Assembly (NCBI GenBank): GCA_036494265.1
Contig: DASXOP010000057.1
Coordinates: 10,539-74,538, forward strand
Length of the DNA: 64,000 bases
Direction of reading: 5' to 3'
Origin: Caulobacteraceae bacterium
Lineage (GTDB): Bacteria > Pseudomonadota > Alphaproteobacteria > Caulobacterales > Caulobacteraceae
In this document: in pieces, positions 8,628-17,322 of the stretch
How positions within the stretch are numbered: the first letter of the stretch is position 1
Layout of the letters: every line of letters starts with the position of its first letter
The notes under the pieces: generated by a model
Told to the model about the DNA's origin: nothing
The model's input: the letters and a program-made list of their open reading frames with translations, nothing else
Databases searched by the model: none
Position numbers and translations under genes: made by a program

Positions 8628-9527
8628 ATGACGAGCGAAGCGGTCCGCACCCTCGAACCTGCCACCGACGTGTCCGTCACGCCGGACTTGGCGTGCGCGC
8701 TGCTGCGGCTTCAGCATCCGGACCTCGCCGACCGACCGATCACCTTGCTCGATGCCGGCTGGGACAACGTCATGCTGCGCCTGGGCGACGACCTGGCGCT
8801 GCGGATGCCCTGCCGGGCCACGGCGGCTTCGCTGATCCTGAACGAGCAGGCCTGGCTGCCAGTGCTGGCGCCCGCACTGCCGCTGCCAATTCCAACCCCG
8901 GTGCGCGTCGGCGGTCCGGCGCTGGGCTATCCCTACGCCTGGAGCGTGACGCCGTTCATCGAAGGTGAGCCCGCGGACCTCGCGCCGCCGGACCGGCACC
9001 AGGGCGAGCGCCTCGCGACGTTCCTGAAAGCGCTGCATCGGCCCGCGCCGGACAACGCGCCCCTGAACCCCTACCGCGGCGTCCCACTCGGCAACCGCGC
9101 GGAGGTGTTCGAGGCCCGCCTGGCGGTAGCCGAGCTCGCGCGCGGCGCTATGCCAGACGTGCGGCAGGCGTGGGCGTCGGCCTTGGCGGCGCCGATCGAT
9201 ACGCCGCGCACCTGGCTGCACGGTGACCTGCACGGCCGCAACGTGCTGACCAGGGACGGCCGCCTCGCCGCGGTGATCGACTGGGGCGACCTGACCGCTG
9301 GCGACCCGGCCTGCGATCTCGCGAGCGTCTGGATGTTGTTGCCGGACCCGGCGGCGCGCGCCGACGCGCTGGCCGCCTACGCACCCACGCCCGCCACGAT
9401 CGCCCGCGCCCGCGGCTGGGCGGCGCTAATGGGCGTGACGCTCGCCTCGATCACCAACAACCCCCGCATGCCAGCGATGGGCCTGGGCACGATCGCGCGG
9501 CTGGCGGCGGATGGTGGGGCGTCGTGA
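8628..9527 (+). CDS. Aminoglycoside-phosphotransferase-fold (APH family) kinase
   Basis: It carries the catalytic-loop and Mg-binding motifs WLHGDLHGRNVL and VIDWGDLTAGDPACDLA. Confidence 0.85.
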   Translation: MTSEAVRTLEPATDVSVTPDLACALLRLQHPDLADRPITLLDAGWDNVMLRLGDDLALRMPCRATAASLILNEQAWLPVLAPALPLPIPTPVRVGGPALGYPYAWSVTPFIEGEPADLAPPDRHQGERLATFLKALHRPAPDNAPLNPYRGVPLGNRAEVFEARLAVAELARGAMPDVRQAWASALAAPIDTPRTWLHGDLHGRNVLTRDGRLAAVIDWGDLTAGDPACDLASVWMLLPDPAARADALAAYAPTPATIARARGWAALMGVTLASITNNPRMPAMGLGTIARLAADGGAS

Positions 9528-9554
9528 GGCGAAGTTAGTCATAGCCTCAGCCGA

Positions 9555-10187
9555 GTGGCTCGCTGCCATTCGGCAAGACGTTCCCTTCGCGCTAAAGTGG
9601 GCCTGACGGCAGCATCGAGGCGGATAGTGCGGCAAGTTCTGGCGACGATCACCGCCCTCTCGCTATCCGTCGCCTGGGTCGCCAACGCTCAGACTTCAAC
9701 AGGAGCGTCTTCCTCTGCACCTGTCGCCTCAGACCCGACCGCCGTTGTGGAGCTTGCTTGCGTTGGTCAGCGTGGCGCGTCGATCAAGCTACGCAGGCCG
9801 GGACTGAAGCCTATCGTTCTCGACCTCGACGGCGGAGATTCCTGCGGCGGGGACGGCCACTACGGCTCGCCGGGCACTTTCGCGATCATAGGCCCCAGTC
9901 AAGCTGGAGTTCGTACTCAAAATTGTGCCGCCTTTCGAGTTCAGTCGGCAAAGCTGAAGCCGTCGGCGACGTCCGAGGCCGAGGTCGCGAGCGTCCGCGC
10001 TGGTCCGTTCGAGATCACCGATTGGGCGCGCTTTTTCCACCTGAAGAACGCGGAGGGCAGACAAGCGGCGGGGAGCTGGGTCCGGCAAACGCTAGCCGTC
10101 GTGAGGCCTTGCTGGGAAATCTCCGACGATGACTTGAAGCCGAGTATCGTCAGCCGTCTATACGGCGCGCTTGGAATGCAGCCCTGA
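9555..10187 (+). CDS. Hypothetical secreted protein
   Basis: It has a signal-like segment VLATITALSLSVAWVANAQ. The real start is probably internal, for example the GTG near 9628. No family recognised. Confidence 0.45.
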   Translation: MARCHSARRSLRAKVGLTAASRRIVRQVLATITALSLSVAWVANAQTSTGASSSAPVASDPTAVVELACVGQRGASIKLRRPGLKPIVLDLDGGDSCGGDGHYGSPGTFAIIGPSQAGVRTQNCAAFRVQSAKLKPSATSEAEVASVRAGPFEITDWARFFHLKNAEGRQAAGSWVRQTLAVVRPCWEISDDDLKPSIVSRLYGALGMQP

Positions 10188-10227
10188 CAACCGAACCGAC
10201 GATTTGCCGATCTCTGCACCTCCGCCC

Positions 10228-10812
10228 CTACGCTGCGCTCCGCTCCATCCGCCTCATCACCGCCCGCGCTTCGCCCGCTTTCGCCGCGTCGTTGAAGGCC
10301 GCGCCTTCGTGGCGGAGGAGCCAGCGTTTGCGGTCGAGGCCGCCGCCGAAACCGGTAAGGGACCCGTTGGCGCCGATCACGCGATGGCAGGGGATCACGA
10401 TCGGCACCGGGTTGGCGCCGTTGGCCAGGCCCACGGCGCGCACCGCCTTGGGCGAGCCGATCGCCTGGGCGAGCTGGGCGTAGCTCCAGGTCTCGCCAAC
10501 CGGGATCGTGGTCAGCGCGGTCCAGACCTTGCGCTGGAACGCGGTGCCGCCGGTGGTCCAGGGCACGGCCTTCAGCGCCTGCCGGTCGCCGGCGAAATAG
10601 CGCTCGAACGCCGCGCGGATCGGCGCGGGGACTTCGCCGAACGCGGCCGGGGCGGCGCCGTACTGCTTGCGCAGCAGCCGGCGCATCTCGGCCTCGTCGT
10701 TCCAGAACTCGACGGCGCAGAGCCGGCCCTCGGCGTCGGCGGCGACCAGGATCGGGCCGATCGGGGTTTCGAGAGATTGCAGGGTGATGGCGTCAGGCGG
10801 CGTTGCGGGCAT
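10228..10812 (-). CDS. ogt: Methylated-DNA--protein-cysteine methyltransferase
   Basis: It has the active site IPCHRVIGANGSLTGFGGGLDRKRWLLRHEG. The start at the ATG at 10812 (MPATPPDAITLQSLETPIG) overlaps the upstream ada-alkA gene by 20 nt. Confidence 0.93.
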   Translation of the reverse strand: MPATPPDAITLQSLETPIGPILVAADAEGRLCAVEFWNDEAEMRRLLRKQYGAAPAAFGEVPAPIRAAFERYFAGDRQALKAVPWTTGGTAFQRKVWTALTTIPVGETWSYAQLAQAIGSPKAVRAVGLANGANPVPIVIPCHRVIGANGSLTGFGGGLDRKRWLLRHEGAAFNDAAKAGEARAVMRRMERSAA

Positions 10813-12304
10813 CGGGCATTTCCTTCGGAGCGTGCGTCTGGTGGGGCTGCGCCTCGGACGACCAGAGGTGCAACGCGGCATAGGCGCGCCAGGGCCGCCA
10901 GGCCTCGGCGCGGGCGGAGAGTTCGGCCGGGGTGGGCCGCTTGCCGGTCTCGTCGGCCAAGGCGCGCATCAGGCCGATGTCGGCGGCGGGGAAGGCGTCC
11001 GGCTCGCGCAGTTCGCGCATGGCGATGTATTGCGCGGTCCATTCGCCGATGCCCGGCAGCGCCTTCAGCGCCGCGATCGCTTCCTCAAGCGTGCGTTTGG
11101 CCCCGAAGATCAGCGGGTCGGCGGCGACCGCGTCGGTCATCGCCGAGAGCGCGGCGGCCCTGGAGCGGGGCATGCCCAGCGCCGCGAAGTCCGCGCCGAC
11201 CAGTTGCTGCGGCGTCGGGAAGACATGGGTCAGCCCCTCGGACGCCAGCGCTTCGGGCAGCGGCTGGCCGTAGCGGTCGACCAGTTTGGCGGCGAGGCCG
11301 CGGGCGGCGATGACGGTGATCTGCTGGCCGAGGATGGCGCGGATCGCCAGCTCAAAGCCGTCCCAGGCGCCAGGCACCCTGAGGCCCGGCCGCGCGGCGA
11401 CCATCGACGCCAACGCCGGGTCCTTGGCCAAGTGCTCGCCGATCGCCACCGGATCGGCGGCGAGGTCGAACACCCGGCGCACGCGGGCGATGATCGCTGG
11501 CAGGGCGCTGATCTTCGGGAACCGCACGGTCACCTGCAGCCGGTGCTTGGTCGCCGGTTCGACCCGGATGACGCCGACCTGGCCGCCGATGCCGAGGCTG
11601 CGCTCGTAGCGGCCAGCCTCGACGCGTTCGATCTTCGGGATCGCGCGCAGCGCCAGGAACCCCAGCATCGCGTCCCAGTCGTACGGGGGGCGGTAGGGGA
11701 GAGAGAGCAGCACCGCCTCGCCCTGGCCGGCCGGCTCGTCTGCGCCGCCGAGGCGACGCAGGCTCGCCGGCGGCCGGTCATAGAGCTGCTGGAAGGTCTC
11801 GTTGAAGCGGCGCACGCTGCCAAAGCCGGACGCCATCGCCACCTCCGCCATCGGCAGCCGGGTCTCGTGGATCAGCTGCTTGGCCAGGAGCACGCGCCGG
11901 GTCTGGGCAACCGCGATCGGCGAGGCGCCGAGGTGTTTGCGGAACAGCCGCCGCAGCTGGCGCTCGCCGACGCCCAGCCGGTCGGCCAGGCCCTCGACGT
12001 CATCGTCGTCGAGCGCGCCGGCCTCGATCAGGCTGAGCGCGCGGGAGACCGTGTTCGAGGCGCCGCGCCAGGCCGCGAGATCGGGCGAGGTCTCCGGCCG
12101 GCACCGCAGGCAGGGCCGGAAGCCGGCGCTCTGGGCGCCTGCCGCGGTGGGGTAGAAGCGCACGTTCTCGCGCTTCGGCGTGCGCGCCGGGCAGATTGGC
12201 CGGCAGTAGATGCCAGTCGTCTTCACCCCAACGAACAGCCGCCCGTCGAAGCGGGCGTCGCGGGTGGTCAGGGCGCGGTAGCAGGCGTCGTCATCCATAT
12301 CCAT
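10793..12304 (-). CDS. Ada N-terminal Zn domain / AraC HTH fused to DNA-3-methyladenine glycosylase II (AdaA-AlkA fusion)
   Basis: The N-terminus FVGVKTTGIYCRPICPAR...GFRPCLRCRPE matches the Ada methylphosphotriester domain. This is followed by an AraC-type HTH (VAMASGFGSVRRFNETF) and an HhH-GPD glycosylase region (LKALPGIGEWTAQYIAMR). Confidence 0.9.
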   Translation of the reverse strand: MDMDDDACYRALTTRDARFDGRLFVGVKTTGIYCRPICPARTPKRENVRFYPTAAGAQSAGFRPCLRCRPETSPDLAAWRGASNTVSRALSLIEAGALDDDDVEGLADRLGVGERQLRRLFRKHLGASPIAVAQTRRVLLAKQLIHETRLPMAEVAMASGFGSVRRFNETFQQLYDRPPASLRRLGGADEPAGQGEAVLLSLPYRPPYDWDAMLGFLALRAIPKIERVEAGRYERSLGIGGQVGVIRVEPATKHRLQVTVRFPKISALPAIIARVRRVFDLAADPVAIGEHLAKDPALASMVAARPGLRVPGAWDGFELAIRAILGQQITVIAARGLAAKLVDRYGQPLPEALASEGLTHVFPTPQQLVGADFAALGMPRSRAAALSAMTDAVAADPLIFGAKRTLEEAIAALKALPGIGEWTAQYIAMRELREPDAFPAADIGLMRALADETGKRPTPAELSARAEAWRPWRAYAALHLWSSEAQPHQTHAPKEMPDARNAA

Positions 12305-12353
12305 GACGCGAAGATGGGGTGCGCGCGCCCGGAAGTCTCGCGGTTTTCGGACC

Positions 12354-13436
12354 TCAACCGCCGCGTCGGGCGCGGCCTTCGGCGATGGCGTCGATCACCG
12401 CCTTGCGCGCCCGCACAGCATCGTCGGCCTGGTCGGTGGCGACGCCGTCGAGCCCGTCGGCGAAGAGCGCGATCAGCAGCTTGTCGAGGTCGCCGCGGGC
12501 GCTGGGGTGCTTGTCGCCGCTGCGCAGCGCCGGCGGCAGGAAGGCGTTCTGGGCCCGGGCGGTGCGCGAGAATACCTTGAGGCCCGCGTTGTGGGCGTCG
12601 AGGGCCAGGGTGGTCGGAGCCGGGAACACGGCGGCGGCGGGGTCGAGCAGCAGGTCCTGGTCCGGCGTGATCGCTTCGGCATAGCCGCGCACATCGCTGA
12701 GCGTCGGCAGCGCCGGGCCGACCGGGTCGTCATGTGCGCTCTGCTCGATCACCAGCATCCGCCGTACCTGCGAGAGCTGCCCGAACGTCCGCAGCGCGTC
12801 TGGTTCCGACGCCTGCACCCATACGGCCGCTGCCGGGGCGACATATCCGCCCGTGGTCAGGTCGCCGGCCAGGCGGCCGACCGTATCCAGGCCCTGCGCC
12901 TGGAAGTACGCCGGCCGCATCAGCCGCGCGCAGACGCCGACCGTGCGGGCGGTCCGCACACAGCCGTCGCGGGCCAGCTGCAGCACGTCGCTTAGCGCGA
13001 GCAGTGGCTCCTTGCCGGCGTACTTGGCGTTGCCGGGCCGCAGCGCCGGCTGCGCCTCGCGGCAGAAGAGGGTGCGCAGCTCGTCGAGAGTGAAGTCCTC
13101 CGCGAACCAGCCGCTGACCTCGGCGCCGTCGATGGTCTTGGTGGTCTTGCGGTCGGCGAAGTTGGGTCGCGCGGCAATGTCGGTGCTGGCGGAAAGCTCG
13201 TTGTCGCGCCTGGCGACCAGCGCGCCTTCCTTGGTCGGGACCAGGTTCACCTGGATGAAGTCGCAGCCCTGGGTGATCGCCAGGTCGAGGGCGGAGCGGG
13301 TATCCTCGATCCGATCCGACGCCGCGCCGCCCTCGGCGACGATCGCGGCGGCCTGGACTTGATCCGCCCAAGCGAAACGCGGCGCGGCCAGACCCGCGGC
13401 GGTCAGCGCGGCGAAGCTGCGGCGGGTGAGGCTCAG
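12354..13436 (-). CDS. Periplasmic glycerophosphodiester-phosphodiesterase-fold (GlpQ-like) protein with a Tat-type signal
   Basis: The body aligns by eye with GlpQ (DFTLDELRTL, GVATDQADDAV). The ORF-track start at 13250 is an internal GTG (FIQ-V-NLVPTKEG). The frame stays open upstream and encodes LSLTRRSFAALTAAGLAAPRFAWA. No ATG, GTG or TTG occurs there, so I place the start at the CTG at 13436. Confidence 0.75.
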   Translation of the reverse strand: MSLTRRSFAALTAAGLAAPRFAWADQVQAAAIVAEGGAASDRIEDTRSALDLAITQGCDFIQVNLVPTKEGALVARRDNELSASTDIAARPNFADRKTTKTIDGAEVSGWFAEDFTLDELRTLFCREAQPALRPGNAKYAGKEPLLALSDVLQLARDGCVRTARTVGVCARLMRPAYFQAQGLDTVGRLAGDLTTGGYVAPAAAVWVQASEPDALRTFGQLSQVRRMLVIEQSAHDDPVGPALPTLSDVRGYAEAITPDQDLLLDPAAAVFPAPTTLALDAHNAGLKVFSRTARAQNAFLPPALRSGDKHPSARGDLDKLLIALFADGLDGVATDQADDAVRARKAVIDAIAEGRARRGG

Positions 13437-14227
13437 GCGGCGGCCCGCAGCCGCTCCAAGAGCTGGCCGTGGAGGCTCGAATTGGCTGCGCAGATCGAAC
13501 CTCCGCTCAACATGGTCTCGCCCCCATCGGCGTCGGTGACCATGCCGCCAGCTTCGCTGACCAGCAAGAGCCCGGCGGCCACATCCCAGGTGCCGAGGTC
13601 GCGCTCCCAGAAGCCGTCGAACCGTCCCGCCGCGACCCAGGCCAGGTCCAGCGCCGCCGCGCCGTAGCGGCGCACACCCGCGACGCGTTGGGTGACCTGA
13701 TGCAGCTCCTTCAGGAACTTGCCGTGCTGGCCGTGGCCGAGGAACGGGATGCCGGTCGCGATCACCGACTCATCGAGCCGTGAGCGGGCCGAGACCCTGA
13801 GGCGCTTGTCGTTCATGAACGCGCCGCGCCCGCGCTCGGCCCAGAAGAGGTCGTGGGTCACTGGATTGTAGGTCACGCCGGCGACCACCTGGCCCTCGCG
13901 CTCCAGCGCCACGTTGATCGCGAAGTGCGGGATCGCGTGCAGGAAGTTGGTGGTGCCGTCGAGCGGGTCGACGATCCAGCGGTGGGTCTTGTCGCTACCC
14001 GGAATCTCTCCGCGTTCCTCGCAAAGGAAGCCGTAACCAGGCCGAACCTTGGACAGTTCCTCGAACAGCGTCTGCTCCGCCTTCAGGTCGGCTGAACTTA
14101 CGAAATCCGCCACGCCTTTCTTCGACACCTGCAGCTCCGCCACCTCGCCGAAATCGCGGGTCAGGCCGCGCGCGGTCTTGCGCACGGCGTCGATCATAAC
14201 TTTCAGCAGGGCCGACGGCGTGGTCAT
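13433..14227 (-). CDS. suhB: Inositol monophosphatase family protein
   Basis: Family motifs are present: WIVDPLDGTTNFLHAIPHF and the C-terminal WDVAAG. The start is taken at the ATG at 14227 (MTTPSALLKVMIDAVRK). Confidence 0.9.
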   Translation of the reverse strand: MTTPSALLKVMIDAVRKTARGLTRDFGEVAELQVSKKGVADFVSSADLKAEQTLFEELSKVRPGYGFLCEERGEIPGSDKTHRWIVDPLDGTTNFLHAIPHFAINVALEREGQVVAGVTYNPVTHDLFWAERGRGAFMNDKRLRVSARSRLDESVIATGIPFLGHGQHGKFLKELHQVTQRVAGVRRYGAAALDLAWVAAGRFDGFWERDLGTWDVAAGLLLVSEAGGMVTDADGGETMLSGGSICAANSSLHGQLLERLRAAA

Positions 14228-14445
14228 GAAGCTTTCGGGGCGCGGGGAGAGCGGCGCGGCGGAACCTAGCGACGGCGTCTGCGCTGCGCAAGGAAACCAG
14301 GAAGTGTCAGCAGCCCGCGCCGGAGTTCGCCGGATTACAGACATTTAACGTCTCGCGGGCAACGGCTCCGGTAGTGTCGCCGCCCGAACAGCGTTCCTCC
14401 ACAAACCTAAGCCATTCAAGCTGTTAGGAGGGGTTACACTCCGTC

Positions 14446-15345
14446 ATGCCGGATCGCGGCCCTCCCTTTGCGGCGTTGCGCGCCCTCGAGGCGGCCTGCC
14501 GGCTGAAAAGCTACAGCGCGGCCGGCGAGGAGCTCGGCGTCACCCATAGCGCGATCAGCCAGTCGATGCGGCGGCTGGAAGGCGCTTATGGCCAGAAGCT
14601 GTTCCACCGCCAGGGCCTCGGCATGGAGCCCACGGCCGCCGCGATCTCGCTCTCGGTCGCCTATCGCCAGGCCGCCCGCATCGTCGCTGACGCCTCCGAG
14701 GCGCTGAAGCTGCAGAACGCCGAGCCGGCGCTGGTGATCTCGACTTTGCCCAGCGTGGCGCGGCTGTGGTTCGGGCCCAGGCTCAAGCGGCTGCGCGAAT
14801 GCCTGCCCGACCTCGCCGTCGAAGTCCGCACCAGCCGCGACCTCGCCAACCTCGAGACCGACGGCGTCGATCTGGCGATGCGCTTCGGCTACGGCGACTG
14901 GCCGAGGCTGCGCGTCGAGCCGCTGTTCGACGAAATCGCGTTCCCAGTCTGCAGCCCGGAGTTCCTCGCTCGCCATCCGATGATCAGCGACACCGCGATC
15001 GGCCGCGCGCCGCTGATCCTGGAGGACAACGACATGTGGCCGGCCTGGTTCGCCGCCGCCGGCGTCGCCGGGCCGGCCACGCTGCGGGGCCTCACCTTCG
15101 ACGACGCCGCGCTGGTGATCGAGGCGGCAGCGGCAGGCCTGGGCGTCGCGCTGGTCCGCCGCCTGCATGCCGACGAGGCGCTGGAATCGCGCCGCCTGGT
15201 GCGCATCTCCGCCACCGAGGTCAAGACCCCTTACCGTTGCTACCTGGTCTGGCGCGACGACAACCCCCGCAGCCCCGCCATCCGCCGCTTCGCCGACTGG
15301 ATATTGGCCGAGTTCGGCAGGGCAGGGCTGCTGGAAGCGGCGTAG
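14446..15345 (+). CDS. LysR-family transcriptional regulator (GcvA-like)
   Basis: It has the N-terminal HTH FAALRALEAACRLKSYSAAGEELGVTHSAISQSMRRLE plus a LysR substrate-binding domain. It is divergent from the suhB-like gene. Confidence 0.9.
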   Translation: MPDRGPPFAALRALEAACRLKSYSAAGEELGVTHSAISQSMRRLEGAYGQKLFHRQGLGMEPTAAAISLSVAYRQAARIVADASEALKLQNAEPALVISTLPSVARLWFGPRLKRLRECLPDLAVEVRTSRDLANLETDGVDLAMRFGYGDWPRLRVEPLFDEIAFPVCSPEFLARHPMISDTAIGRAPLILEDNDMWPAWFAAAGVAGPATLRGLTFDDAALVIEAAAAGLGVALVRRLHADEALESRRLVRISATEVKTPYRCYLVWRDDNPRSPAIRRFADWILAEFGRAGLLEAA

Positions 15346-15548
15346 GGGGTTGTCGCGGTGTCGCGCCCCCTCCGTCATCGCCCCGGACAAGTCCGGGCCG
15401 CTGACACCTCCCCCGCATCGCTGCGCTCGCATGGGAGGAGCGACGCCAGGCCTTTCTTCTCCTCCACTGCGAGCCCGAAGGGCGATGCGGGGGAGGCGGA
15501 TCGGCGCGCTACCAGCGCGACGAGACGGAGGGGGCGCTGCAGCCTCAG
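15346..15548. repeat. GC-rich palindromic intergenic element (GCTGACACCTCCCC / GACGGAGGGGGCGC subfamily)
   Basis: The left end gcgccccctccgtc is mirrored by gacggagggggcgc on the right. Internally it carries gctgacacctcccccgcatcgc and gcgatgcgggggagg. It is related to the element at 29001-29087. Confidence 0.55.
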
Positions 15549-16073
15549 CTAGTTCCCCACCCGCCCCGCCAGCCCCACCCCAATCGCCGCGTTGAACGCC
15601 GCCACGGCCGCGCTGGGCCCCTCGGGTGACGCCCACACCGCCGCCGACGCCGCGATGAAATCCGCGCCGGCCGCTGCCAGCGCCCCGCAGTTGGCCGGCG
15701 TGATCCCGCCGATGGCGACGCAGGGCGTCAGCATCATCTCCTGCCAGATCTCCAGGATCTCCGGATCGGCGCGGGTCTTGGCGTCCTTGGTCGTGGTCGG
15801 GAAGAAGGCGCCGAACGCGACGTAGTCGGCGCCGGCTTCCGAGGCGTCCATCGCCAGGTGGCGACTGTCGTGGCAGGTGACGCCGACGATCCGGTTCTGC
15901 CCCACCGCGCGCCGCGCCTCGGCATAGGGCGCGTCGTCCTGGCCGACGTGGACGCCGTCGCAGCCGAAGCGGTCGGCGAGGTCCGGCCGGTCGTTGAGGA
16001 TCAGCGGCACGCCGTGCGGCTTCAGCAGCGGCGCGATCGCCTGTACGGCGGCCTCGATCGCCGCCTCGTCCAC
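15549..16073 (-). CDS. thiE: Thiamine-phosphate synthase
   Basis: The C-terminal part is typical ThiE ([24 protein letters not shown]). The coordinates use the first canonical start (GTG at 16073). The conserved N-terminus ([13 protein letters not shown]...FQLRLK) is encoded in frame upstream, up to about 16190, without any ATG, GTG or TTG. Confidence 0.85.
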   Translation of the reverse strand: MDEAAIEAAVQAIAPLLKPHGVPLILNDRPDLADRFGCDGVHVGQDDAPYAEARRAVGQNRIVGVTCHDSRHLAMDASEAGADYVAFGAFFPTTTKDAKTRADPEILEIWQEMMLTPCVAIGGITPANCGALAAAGADFIAASAAVWASPEGPSAAVAAFNAAIGVGLAGRVGN

Positions 16074-16204
16074 ATCCTTCAGCCGCAGCTGAAACGCGCC
16101 GACATCGCCACCCTCCAGCGCCGCAGCCAGCGCGCGGCCAAACCCGGCCAGATCGTCCAGCGCTGGCGGGCTGATCAGATAGAGGCGGCAGTCGGGCGAG
16201 GCGG

Positions 16205-17296
16205 CTACTCCGCCGCCTGAGCGGCTTTGGCGGCGCCGAAGCGGGGCGAGAGCTCGCCGGCCGCGTAGCGCTTGGCCATCGCGGACATCGGGATCGGCTT
16301 GATCTTGCCCGCGTTGCCGGCGGTGCCGAACTCCTGGAACCGCGCGCGGCAGACCGCGGTCATCGCGTCCATCGCCGGCTTGAGATACTTGCGCGGGTCG
16401 AACTCGCCGGGGTTCTCGGCGAGCACCTTCCGGATCGCCCCGGTCATGGCCATGCGGTTGTCGGTGTCGATATTGATCTTGCGCACGCCGTGCTTGATGC
16501 CGCGCTGGATCTCTTCCACCGGCACGCCCCAGGTCTGGGGCATCTCGCCGCCGTATTTGTTGATCACGTCCTGCAGGTCCTGCGGCACCGACGACGAGCC
16601 GTGCATCACCAGGTGGGTGTTGGGCAGCCGCCGGTGGATCTCCTCGATCACCCCCATTGCCAGCACCGCGCCGTCCGGTTTGCGGCTGAACTTATAGGCG
16701 CCGTGGCTGGTGCCCATGGCGATCGCGAGCGCGTCGACCTCGGTGGCGCGGACGAAGTCCACCGCCTGATCCGGATCGGTCAGCAGCTGTGAGTGGTCGA
16801 GCTTGCCCTCGAAGCCGTGGCCGTCTTCCTTCTCGCCCATGCCGGTCTCGAGGCTGCCCAGCACACCGAGCTCGCCTTCCACCGAGGCGCCGACCCAGTG
16901 CGCCATCTCGGTGACGCCCCGGGTGACGGTGACGTTGTAGTCGTAGTCCGACGGGGTCTTGCCATCGCCCTTCAGCGAGCCGTCCATCATCACGCTGGAG
17001 AAGCCGTACTGGATCGCCGTGGCGCACGTGGCTTCGTTGTTGCCGTGGTCCTGGTGCATCACCACCGGGATGTCCGGATAGAGCTCGATCAGCCCGTCGA
17101 TCAGCTTGGCCAGCACGATGTCGTTGGCGTACTGGCGCGCGCCGCGGCTGGCCTGAATGATCACCGGCGCCTTCTCGGCGTCGGCGGCGGCCATGATAGC
17201 GAGGCCCTGCTCCATGTCGTTGATGTTGAAGGCGGGAACGCCGTAGCCGTGCTCGGCAGCGTGATCCAGCAACTGGCGAAGCGTGATGCGAGCCAT
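16205..17296 (-). CDS. fba: Fructose-bisphosphate aldolase, class II
   Basis: [54 protein letters not shown] is typical class II FBA. The start is taken at the ATG at 17296. Confidence 0.95.
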   Translation of the reverse strand: MARITLRQLLDHAAEHGYGVPAFNINDMEQGLAIMAAADAEKAPVIIQASRGARQYANDIVLAKLIDGLIELYPDIPVVMHQDHGNNEATCATAIQYGFSSVMMDGSLKGDGKTPSDYDYNVTVTRGVTEMAHWVGASVEGELGVLGSLETGMGEKEDGHGFEGKLDHSQLLTDPDQAVDFVRATEVDALAIAMGTSHGAYKFSRKPDGAVLAMGVIEEIHRRLPNTHLVMHGSSSVPQDLQDVINKYGGEMPQTWGVPVEEIQRGIKHGVRKINIDTDNRMAMTGAIRKVLAENPGEFDPRKYLKPAMDAMTAVCRARFQEFGTAGNAGKIKPIPMSAMAKRYAAGELSPRFGAAKAAQAAE

Positions 17297-17322
17297 TTTT
17301 GGCCTCTCTCCGTACCTTAAGG

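Noticed and set aside
7734-9233. 499-aa minus-strand ORF across the GNAT and APH genes. Similar shadow ORFs occur at 18203-19834, 27108-28586, 29199-30860, 31055-32614, 31671-33254, 43091-44767, 46427-47863 and 55761-57173
   Set aside because: All are antisense to, or out of frame with, genes that have strong family signatures. All show the same Arg/Gly/Pro-rich bias, so I treat them as GC-driven open frames.
8628-9527. APH-fold kinases (8628-9527 and 31043-32113) as aminoglycoside resistance genes
   Set aside because: Only the generic kinase-fold motifs are visible. Such proteins are common housekeeping or metabolic kinases, and there is no mobile context.
10667-12580. 637-aa plus-strand ORF covering the whole ada-alkA locus
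   Set aside because: It is antisense to a gene with unmistakable Ada/AlkA motifs. Its translation is Arg/Gly/Ala/Pro-rich low-complexity sequence, typical of shadow ORFs in high-GC DNA.
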